DNA of 64,000 bases from Diadema antillarum (Eukaryota). The stretch is from positions 62,001 to 126,000 of the forward strand of contig NW_027270908.1 in the NCBI RefSeq assembly GCF_040938485.1, in the 5' to 3' direction. This document shows, one piece after another, positions 10,701 through 22,700 of the stretch. The position numbers and the translations under genes are program-made. Under the pieces are notes generated by a model. The model did no database searches and had not been told where the DNA came from. It saw nothing but the letters and a program-made list of their open reading frames with translations. Within the stretch, counting starts at the first letter, position 1. Each line of letters starts with the position of its first letter.

Positions 10701-13700
10701 TCATTGATGAGGATGCAATTGTATCTCTGATGCTGTGAATCAGGCAAAGTATATCAAGTGAAGTATCCAAACAGCAATATATCAGATTCATATCAACTAT
10801 TTCCAGAGACCTACTCTTGACTGAATTGAGAGGTCTGCTGGTGTTGCTCAGCTTCAGTCAATGGATACTGCAAAGATTTGATGGTACAGAGACGTGATTA
10901 TGTTACATATGGGTCAGTTAAACAGAAGCTGCAATATGAACAAATCAAATTTCTGTTTTCTGTTTCTTGAAGTGGCACATCTTATTTGTTCTAAGTCTCT
11001 CTTATAACTACTCATCACTTGGACTGCTGGTAGCAGCTCCTCTTGAAAATCACTCCACCGCCTACACCTGCCTTGGTGTACGTGCGCTTGTGTGAGTGCG
11101 TGGAAATGTTCGTGTTTCTCCATCTGGTTTTTATCACTCTTGTATTATGCTACCCTGCAAATTAATCTTAGATATAAAAACAACATTACAAATTCTGTTT
11201 GAACCCATGCCAAATGTTAAAATTCACTGTTTCCTTCAGAGAGCAGAGTTTGAAACCTCTAGGGTTCTTCAGGGTTTAACAGCTCTTCACTGCACTGAAA
11301 ATGTGAGGGTAGGATGATATTTTGACCGATTTACCGGTACTATAGAGTGCCACCTTGAATCGAGAAGGTCAGAATGAAGTGGCATCTTTTGTGAAGTTGA
11401 TCTTATTTCAGTGAGCTTGCAAGTTTTCCTGTGCAAATGATGATATCTGGGACCAGTTGAGATTATGAGAGTGCACTGTACACCATAGTGAAATGATTAT
11501 GCTTATGTGTGTTTATTTCTTGTCACACTTTATGCTTATCTTTTTCATCTGCCTTTTGCCATATATTAGTTTGGTTCCCTTTAACATCCCTGAATTGTTT
11601 TTGTATGTGCTGATTCTATTCTTATGTGCTGATAACAACAGTGTCCTGTGTACAACAAGTGTGTTCAGGATCTTGAAGGAATTCAAACTAAGTTTCCCCA
11701 TAATTAGTGACATTTTGATGATGTGATTTTGTGATGATGGAATTTTGTCACATATCATCTTGCTATCTCGAATCAGCTCCTCAGAATTTCATTACATATG
11801 TGATATATCTGGATTCAGTGTATATGTAGAGAAACTGAGATTATATGGAACTGATTTATTCATTAAGTTTGCACAAGATCAAAAAGACATCTATACCAAA
11901 ATGTGCCAATTTGAGATAGAAAAAGGAACTGCAACAATGTGTTGCTGATTTAAAGGACACGTAGGAACTTCATTGTCTTCTGAAATATATCGACTTGTTA
12001 AGAATTAGCTGCAAATCAAGCATGTAGGGTCTTTTGAAAAATCTGCATAAATTCATCATGAATAAAAAAAACCAACAACAACTTTGTTCTTCTAAAGGTT
12101 TCATTAATCCAAAACAAAGTAAGGTTCGTAATTCTGAATGTCTGTTAGTACGCACCTTTTTAAAATTTTCAGATTAATAAACCTTCAAAATATCAAACTT
12201 TTGAAATAATGAATCTGTTTTCATTTTTGGATTAACCAATCTTTGGAATTATCAACACCATACCAAGTATTAGCCCTCAATTTGTTATGACTTTGTTGTT
12301 GTTGTTGAAATGATTCAGGTGTAAACTGTGAGACAGAAAACTACTTTGGTGGAGAGTTTGATTGGATCTGCCATGACCTTGACCTCTCTGATGGACCCTA
12401 CTGCAAGATGAGAACACGGAGCTTCATGGGGGATTCACTTATGATGTTCCCCTCCCTAACTCAGAGAGTGAGGTTCCAACTGTCCGTAAGGTTAGAATTG
12501 GATTGCCTTTTCCATGAGTATTTCAGTTTTCATACAATTAGATATCTTGTGTGTATGTACCACACAATGATAGCATAGAACTCTGTGTGCACATAATCAT
12601 AAGTGGTGGTAAAAGTAGGGAATTGCACAGCACACCACACATCCCCCCAAATTACGACGATACAAGTCATTGATGGACTTTACTGGAAAGGAAGATGAAG
12701 AAGGAGAAGAGAGGTTGTTAAGTTAAACATATTCATATGCACACATGTATTCATGTGTGTGCATATATATCTTATATAAAGGGTTGGTGAATGTTAGTGA
12801 AGGGGGAAAGAAGTCAGAGTTCACTTTCTGCGGTCTGAAACTGAATCATAGTGAGTGATTCATTCTCCTGTTAAGCTTTGCCACCCGCAAGCCGAGTGGA
12901 ATGATCTTCTATAATGGATGCTACAACCAGCAGCATGACTTCATCGCCCTTGAGATCGTCGACGATCAGGTGCAGTTCTCCTTCTCGACAGGAAGTGATG
13001 TCACCACGGTAACGGCCAGCAGAGTGGGAGGAGTCAGTGACGAGCAGTGGCACACGGTTGTCATCGAATACTATTTGATGGTAGGTACCATGGTACTATT
13101 TGATGGTTGGTGTGTTCAGTCAATTTTTATATGTGCAACAATTTAATCGTGAATTGCGTCCTCGGTGATTCCTGTCACCCGTGTACTTTCTGTTTAGTCC
13201 ACAGTTGAAGAATTTTCCTTCCCTTAGAATACTACCCTACCACAATGACTACATTATATTTGTAGTAAATTTTTTTTTTGTCACTATCGCAGAGATTGTG
13301 GAATTGAAATTCTACATTATGTTACATTTCTGGAATATATGTAATCTTTATTAAGTGTGTATATTTATTGTTATTGATACTAACAGACTGCTACCATTAT
13401 TCTGGATGAATGCGACGCGGCCATTGCTCTCGCATATGACGGTGATCACCCTGACTACAGCTGTGCTGCCTCAGCAACTGGGAGTGGGGAGTACAGGTAA
13501 TGGTGGTGGGGGGGGGGGGGGGGAGGTATGCATAAAATAATGTGCTACTTCTGATCTGACATCAACTGTGTTTGTTTGTTTGTTTGTTTGTTTGTTTGAT
13601 TGTTTGTTCACTTCCATCTGAGAAGATGGCTGGATAGCCCATATTCAGCTATGCTAAACTGGTCTTCCATGGGGTCCAGTTGGATGTGAGGTGGGACCAC

Positions 13701-16700
13701 TTCACTGGGTTAAACACCCTGCTCTTTGCGATGAATGAATAAAGCGTGATCTTTTACGTGCATGAGCTGTGACTCTCTCATACACGGTACCTCCGTTTTA
13801 TGTCCTATCCGAGGGACAGAGTGTTTTGCCTCTTGCTAGAGGGGACGGTATGTTTACACACAACATTGCTCAGTCCAGACTTGGGTTTGAACCCGGGTCC
13901 TTAGGATCGTGAGGCAGACGTGCTACCGACTGAACCAACTCACCGCCCTGCGTATGTGTCATGTTCTTTAAATGAAAATGACACATGTTCTCTAAATGAC
14001 AGATTTCTGTCAATTTGCTACAATTTTGTCAGTAGCAAAGCATAGCCCAGTGTGTAGAATGTGTAGAGCAATTACTTCCACAAGGCAGACCGCAGTATGG
14101 GTATGCATAGGGTTAAATCTGAGATGTATTCATAACCTAATAAAGTAGGATAAAAAATGGTAAAATGAGAAAGTATTTTTGTCTCATACCGATTCATAAT
14201 GTGGCTTGCAAGGATGTATATTACAATTGACACTAAGCTCCACAGTTTAGACCCTTGTAAAAGTAGTTTGCTTTTGGTTTGGGTTATTGTTTAATTTCAA
14301 ACAAGAACAAACTTATACACAACATGACATACTTGGATACATATCCAAAGTGCAGTATCAGATACAGAGTATACTGATAGTGAACATTTTAGCATTATTG
14401 TTTGCAGTGATGGTATTTGAATCGATGTGCATGAATAAAAGGTGAAATAATAGCTTTACAAGAGTTGCTACACACTGTACATCTCAGTGTTATTTGAAAT
14501 TTACTTCTTGTTTCATGAACCCCACTGTATACTTTGCCAAGTTTGACTATCTCATTTTACATTAATAACGTAATACCTATGTGCTTTTGTGGTTTGAATT
14601 TGTTGATTTCATTCAGAATTAGTCCCTGTTAATGTCAAGACGCCCTCATGCTCTTTTTAGAGAGTGATAAATTCTAATCAGGATGAAAACATTCTATATG
14701 TTTTCATTTTCACTTAAGTCAATTAAATAGAGATAGGTGGTCAATTCATTTGTGATGTTAAACACAAAAAATTAGATTTCTACATGGTTATTCTTTTGAA
14801 AAACACCATTCAAATTCATTTTTCAAGTCTATTCATTTTATTTATCAGAAGAATGTAATCTAACAAAATGTTTGCATTTCATATACACATCAGAACATAG
14901 TTTAAATATAACAAAGCATGTAACAAAAATACAAAAAGATGATACCAGATTGAGAAATACAATTCCCTTTCTTTCAAGGTTAATTGACTTAAGTAGTCCT
15001 CTAATATGATTGTTTGTCTTCATTGTCAAAAAAAAATGAGAGATTTTTATTTTTTATTTCTTTATCCTTTTGTGTTTGCAGGGCACTAAAACATCTTTCA
15101 ATTTATTCTATCTGTAGGTTGTTGGACCTGACTGGACCATTCTTTCTGGGCAATCTTCCAGACATCTCCAACTCCAGCCGAGCTCAGGGGGAGGATTTGG
15201 ACTTTGACGGTTGCATCCGGGACGTCTACATCGACAACGAGCTCCTCGATCTCGCCACCAACGTGGAGGACGTGGGCACCCAACCCGGCTGCCCGCACAA
15301 GTCCGACTTCTGCGAGTCAGACCCCTGTCACACGGGAGCCACTTGTGAGAGCGGATGGGACCGCTACACCTGTCACTGTTCCTCCCAGAGTGGAGGGGTT
15401 AATTGCCAGGAAAGTAGGTTCTGTCTGTCGGCAATTTCTCTTGTCCCTAACAATGCCTCTTTTTTGGTATTACACAATGATTAATGCTTTGCTCTCCAAA
15501 GTGTGACTTTTGATGCATCCGCCTGATGCACCAAGTGTAGCTTGTGGCACAAATGCAAGTGCAGTGCATAAAGCCAGTAAAATACATAGGATGTGATACA
15601 TCGTGCTTTCTTCTATACCCATTATTGCACAGAGTTCTGACACTTCTTGGAAGACAACAAAGATGAATTAAGTCACAACTGGTATAAACAATTTATCCTG
15701 GTCTGCACAGCTTATATTCAGTGTCTGTAAAATCAGTCGGATGGTGTGGAGTTTTGCTCACAGTGCATCAAATAAAAAATAATGAACAATGTCATGCCTG
15801 GATTGTAGGTGTATTTCTGTGAGCTCACATTTGTCTGTAGGAAATCTCAAATAATGTCAGTAATTATATTGATATTATTCTATCCATAAAGAAACAGGAT
15901 CTTTAGTAGATAAATGTTTTTAAAAAAGATCTGATTGCAAGAACTTACCTCAAATATGATATGTAGAACATTCTTTGGAAAGATGCAGCATTAATTTATA
16001 CCATTTTTTCCAGAAGATTCCATTTGGTGGCAGTATTAGAGCATTTGTCAACTTTGACATAAAACTACCACTGAGTGAAGCGATCTGGAGTGAAAGTGGT
16101 CAGCAGAATTATTCTCATGTCATTGTCTTTGCATTTAATCATATTTTTCTCTTTATCTGTACAAAACAGGAAATGCAAATATATTGGTCATGAATTGCGT
16201 ATATCACTGTGACTAGAAATTTTAAACCCTTATATATATATATTTGCTTTAATACCATGTGCAGTCTTGTTTTTTCCTTCTTCTTTCCCACTCCTTATTC
16301 TACTTCCTTTATCCCTTCCTCTTTTCCTTCTTCATTTTTCTCATTTTCATCTTTGTCTTATACGAGTAAAAATATGTTATATATTGCAATTGTATGATCT
16401 TACAATGAGTAGTATTGTTTTTTTTCCATGTTGAAGCAATGTTAGATCCTGTTCGTGTCCAGAATGATGGCTACATGACCTTTGACACCAACGAGACAAT
16501 CACCCTACCGTGGACCAATCTCATCGCTTTCCGCACTAGGGACCCCAGTGGAGTCTTGATGTTTCTTGAGTTGACAAACGATGTCAACATTCGAATTGAG
16601 GTTTGTTTTGGGAGACACACAAATGAAATATCCAAACACATCTTTTATACTATGTCTGTCTTAGGACATTCAACGTAATGCAATGCAATTGCACAATGCA

Positions 16701-19700
16701 ATAGCTTATAAATACGAGTCTACACTCCTTCCTAGGTAGCTGTATCTCATAGATTCTTCTTTTTTTATCTGCAAAGGTAGTGTGGGTTATTTTTTTTTCT
16801 CTCTCTCTGATGTGGTAGATCATGGATGGTGTGACATCCTGTAAGCCTGTAAAATGCCTTCTTCTCCTGTTTATGGGACATTTTAAGAGTTTTATTGCAA
16901 AATGAGCTAACTCCATTCTCGTTAAGTTGAGACATTTGTGATTAAAGCTGCTAAAAAACAAAGAAAATAATAAAGTACAGGATATATTTAATCATGACTT
17001 CCAAGATATTCCTTGTTATGTCACAAGTGAAGTGTTACTGGAAAGGATTAATTTTGCTCGATCTGATGATGGACTTACATGTACTTTAAAATGTTTAGAA
17101 ATGGTGCCTAGCTCATTTGCGATAAAAGTCTTAATTTATTGAACATGTGATAAGAGCAGCAAATGGTAGTTCTCGATATACAGCAGAAAGAAAGAACTGA
17201 ATATCTAACGAACTGTTCACAGACTATCAGAAATATAGAACATAGAAGATTTGCATCTTCAAAGAGTTTCCAATCACTCTGACAGGCCACGTAGCAGGAC
17301 GGTGCACCTTGCAGTCTAGGCTGAAAGACACAAAACATTTCTCTGTTGAGATCTCAAACCCTTGTATACTTGATTGTTTTTGCTTCCATCTAGTATTGAG
17401 CTCACTCTTGCACACCTGTCTAAGTCTTATGGTCTAATTAGGGTGCATTAAATGGATATCATTATTTTTTTGTGGTATACATTATAGAATGTGTCTTCTT
17501 CCTCGTATCAGTTAGAATGGAAATACTGTGGGAAGATCTTTGTGGTTCAAAAGTCTTCATCAGGTGGTATATTGCCAAGTTGGAGCCAATTAACTTTATT
17601 GAATTTGGCAGAGTAACAAGTAGTGAATGTAAGTTTACCCGCGGATGACGAGTCCCGCGTATACTCAGGCAGGTGTCTATAGGAAATGTGTGTTGTAGCA
17701 AAATTGGCCTATTCTCAACGGGTTAATGAAGCATGATAATATTGTATATCTTATGTGCAGAGACCCCAACTCTCCTGCTTTCGACGGGAGATCTCCCGCC
17801 TGTGTTGATATACATATATGTTTGAGAAGTCTTTGCGATGATAAGTCTTGAGCAAAGACTAACCTGCCAGCTAAAGCTGGATGTAACATGATATGCCCCA
17901 TGTGCAAAGGACACACTGGAAGAACCAGTTGAATAAAGGCACTCACACAGTTCACATCAACTCTACAATGTCTCCTCATTACTAAGAATCCTCCTTTCCA
18001 ATTAAAGGCATATAAATGCCAAGACATGGTGTCAGAGTGGTTCAACTGTCCAAGTCATGGTGTCAGTCAACTGTCTACATCATTCTGAAGTACAGAAGGG
18101 ACTAGGACAAGGAATAATCCACGCAAGAAACAGGCTAGACCGTTTCATTTGAAAGAGTGGAGGATGCATGGAGCTATGTGTACATTAGCATGCAGTACAG
18201 TAGCCAAGCAGCAGTGTGTTGAGATGTACTAGCCCAGCGTGTGTGTGTGTGTGTATGACATACTCGTACCTGAATGTGCATGACTGTATTGTGTGTCCAA
18301 TGACCTGCATCAGCACTGTGGCAGCTAGGAACAGAAAGTTCTAGAGGCCAAATGACCAGACTGCACAGTGCATGAGGTATTGGGAACACTACAGCCAGTG
18401 ACGTGGCCTTGATAAAGTGTAGACTAGGCTTGGCCTTATGAGTTAATGTTAGAGCTTCTTGTGAGTTATGTGCCAGCTGGTCAAGCCCATGGGCTAGTGC
18501 CTTAAACTGCCGGTGAACAGAGCGATAAGGATTCGGCCTAGATTAGCCACATGTATATGATGCAACATACTCACCTCGTGAAAGTGTCGAATGATTGAGC
18601 ATAAGATTACTTGTTGAAAAGATACAGTTTTCTGCTAATTGTTAACACTGTTCATGTGAGTGAATGCTCAGAGAGTGAACATGGCAAACTTAACCCAACC
18701 AGCACCACTAGATTTGAGGGGTAATTTGTCTGAGAATTGGAAGAGATTCAAGCAAAGATTCACTCTGTATAATGTTGCTTCTGGAATGTCAAGGAAAGAT
18801 GATAAAGCACAAACATCAATGTTGTTGCATGTGATAGGTGATGCTGCCCTTGATATATACAACACATTCACATTTGCTGAGGGTGATGAGATGAAGTTGG
18901 AGAAAGTGCTTGAACAGTTTGAGAAATATTGCACTCCCAAGAAGAATGTCACGTATGAGAGGCATAAATTCTTTACCAGATCTCAGGGTGTGAGTGAGAA
19001 CATTGATCAGTATGTCACAGAATTGAGAAATCGTGCACAATCGTGTGAATTCGGAGAGTTGACTGATGGTCTGATCAGAGATCAGGTAATTTGTGGAATC
19101 ACAGATGGTGGTTTGCGTGAGCGTTTGCTCAGAGAGGATGATTTGACACTTCAAAAGGCATTGCAAATTTGTCGTGCTGCTGAAATTACCAGAGCTCAGG
19201 CACAAGAGCTTGGTTCAAAGGCAGATGTGTCAGTCCCTGTTGATGCTTTGAACAAAAAGAAAAAGGCAGTCAATCCCGGTAAAAGATCAGGACCTCCAAG
19301 GTGGAAGCAAAAAAGTCAAAGTCAAAGTCATGGTCAGAATTCCCAGGCTTGTGGCAGGTGTGGCAATCGACATGCCATGTATTCATGCCCTGCACAAGGA
19401 AAGGTGTGCAAAAAATGTGGAAAAATGAATCACTTCGCGAAGTGTTGCAAAAGTCGTGTTCAGGTAAATGAACTACAGAGTAATTCCAAGGATGAGAGTT
19501 TTCTTGTTGATGTCGTCGAGTCACAGGAGTCATGTGACGAATGGAAAGTGAATCTCATTGTGAATGAACGTCAAGTGCTGTTCAAATTAGATACAGGCGC
19601 GCAAACGAATCTACTACCAGAGAGTGTGTATCAGACGTTGAAACCAAAACCAAAGTTGTCATCGGCGAATGTCAAGTTGACAGGGTACAGTGGAGTTGAA

Positions 19701-22700
19701 ATTCCAGTGAAAGGTCGTTGCTTTGTACAGGTGAAGCACAAGAATTTGACAGAGAATATGTCGTTTCTAGTGACTCCCGGAAATCGTCAACCATTACTAG
19801 GTTTGCAAGCGTGTGACAAGTTGAAACTGGTGAAACGTGTGTTGAATGTCGCAAAAAACACACATGATGAAAAAATGTCGGTCGAAGACTATGAAGACGT
19901 GTTTGAAGGTCTAGGATGTGTGCCCGGTAAGCACCACATCACAGTGACAGAAAATGCGAGACCTGTCCAACACGCATGCCGAAAAGTACCGTTTCCGATG
20001 AGAGAAAAACTCAAAGAAGAGTTAGACAAAATGGAACGCATGAACGTCATTGAGCCCGTAGATACGCCCACTGACTGGGTGTCGTCTCTCGTGATCGTAC
20101 AGAAAAAGACCGGTCAACTCCGAGTTTGCTTAGATCCGCGAGATCTAAACCGCGCTGTAAAGCGAGAGCATTTTCAGCTACCGTCGAGAGCTGAAATAAC
20201 CGCGCAGTTTGCCGGAGCGAAGTACTTCAGTAAACTAGATGCATCCAGTGGATTCTGGCAGATTCAGCTGGATGATGAAAGCTCAAGGTTGTGTACCTTC
20301 ATCACACCTTTCGGAAGGTACCGATTCCTGAGACTTCCGTTCGGAATATGCAGTGCTCCAGAGGTGTATCACAAGATAGTGCACCAGCTCTTTGCGCATA
20401 TTCCAGGAGTGAACACAATGATGGACGATATCATTGTATGGGGAGCTACACAGGAAGAGCATGACCTCAGGCTGAAAGAAGTTCTAGAGACAGCGAGAAA
20501 GAACAACTTGAAACTCAACCGAGAAAAATGTGAGTTCCGTGTCAACAAGCTGACATTCATCGGAGATGTCATCAGTGATCAAGGAGTTCAGCCTGACCCC
20601 AAGAAAGTGGCAGCCATACAGAACATGGAAAGACCACAGTGCAAGCAGGATGTCCAGAGATTCCTCGGCATGATCAACTACCAAGGAAAGTTCATCGCTG
20701 ACTTGTCAACCAAATCAGAGCCCCTCAGGAGCCTTTTAGAGAAAAGGAATGAGTGGGTGTGGACCGATGCACAGGAACATGCATGGCAAGAGCTGAAAAA
20801 AGCCTTGTCAACAGAGCCAGTGCTGCATTTCTACGACTGTGCAAAACCAACCAAGCTGTCAGCTGATGCATCAAAGAATGGGCTCGGAGCAGTGTTGCTT
20901 CAGAAGCATGACCAAGATTGGGTCCCCATAGCGTATGCATCTAGAGCCATGACTGATGCAGAGACAAGATACGCGCAGATCGAGAAAGAACTGCTAGCTA
21001 TCACGTACTCATGTGAAAGATTTCACCAGTACATATATGGACGACAGGTTGAGGTAGAGACAGATCACAAGCCGCTAATACCCCTGTTCGTCAAGCCCCT
21101 GTGTGACTGTCCCCTGCGCATCCAGCGACTCCTAATCAGAGTTCAAAGGTATGACTTGAAAGTGTCATACACACCAGGGAAGTACATGTACACAGCGGAT
21201 ACCCTCTCCAGAGCAGTCGACCCAGAGTCAAAACCAGATGTCATGAGAGAGGAAGACATCAAAGTCTATGTAGATGCTTTCGTGATGAACATGCCAGTCA
21301 CGTCAAACAAACGAAGCCAGTTTGTAGATGAGACAAAGAAAGACACAGCACTACAAGAACTCTTAGCTGTCATCAGAGATGGATGGCCAGAGAGAAAACA
21401 ACAGTGTCCAGTCTCAGTCAGAGAATACTGGAACATCAGAAGTGAACTGTCAGAGGCACAAGGCATCATCTTCAAAGGAAGTAAGATTGTTGTACCAGCT
21501 ACAATGAGACGTGAGATGCTGCAAAAGATCCATGAAGGGCATTTGGGAATTGAAAAGTGCAAGAGACGTGCAAGAGATGTCCTGTACTGGCCCCGGATCA
21601 ACCACGATGTAGCAGAAATGGTGCAAAACTGCAATGCCTGCCTCACGTACCAGCCAAAACAGCAGAAAGAGAGCCTTCAACCTCACATGGTACCCGATAG
21701 ACCATGGCAAAAGGTGGCCGCAGATCTGCTTACGCTGGACAACAAGGAGTACCTGGTGATTGTGGATTATTTTTCACAGTACATAGAACTGTGTTCACTG
21801 TCGACCACAACAAGTAGAGCAGTGATCAACAGTATGAAAGCTGTATTCGCCCGTCACGGAACTCCGTGTGAACTCATCACAGACAATGGACCACAGTTCT
21901 CAAGTCGTGAGTTCCAACAATTCACAGCAGAATGGGACTTTCGCCATACGACCACAAGTCCATATCACCCGCAGTCGAACGGTCAAGCAGAGAATGCCGT
22001 CAAGATTGTCAAAAACCTGATGCGGAAGTCCAAGCACAGCGGACAAGAAGTCCTTCGAGCTCTACAGGTCTACAGGAGCTCGCCACTAGAATGTGGAAAA
22101 TCGCCAGCAGAACTGCTCTTCAACAGGCGAATCAGAACAAATCTGCCTATGGCCGAAAAACTACTTGACCCCCAGCACATCAATGCTCGCTCGGTGAAGG
22201 AAAGGAAAGAAGGGCAGAAACAGAAGCAAAAGAAGCATTTCGACAAACATGCTCGTGACCTACCCCACCTGAAAGTAGGAGATCATGTCAAACTCCAAGA
22301 CATGAATACCGGCAGATGGTCACAAGGTGGTGTCATCAAGAAAACACTACCACATCGGTCGTACCTGGTCCAGACAGAGACTGGCGAGATTCGTCGCAGA
22401 AATAGGCGTCATCTTCGACCTGATCCTAGACGAGGCCAAGACGAGCGACAACCAGCGCAGAGGTACGATGACGACGACGACAACGTCAACGCCCCGATGG
22501 TAGACGAGACTACACGAAACGCGACGTCTGTGAAATCTACCCGAAGTGGACGCATCGTGAAGCCTCCCATCCGCTTAGATTTGTAAATAGTGAAACTAGA
22601 GAGGAAGAACTTTTCGCGAATTATTAAGACCGCTCGAGAAGAACTTTTCGCGAATTTGTTAGAGTTAATAGTTGAAACATGATGGACTCTAATGATAATG

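Noticed and set aside
13870-13948. tRNA gene
   Set aside because: The A/B boxes continue into a SINE body and tail; no clean acceptor stem.
18668-22168. Overlapping small ORFs in the Gypsy element as env or accessory genes
   Set aside because: Short antisense or off-frame shadows with no motifs; no room for env between integrase and the polypurine tract.
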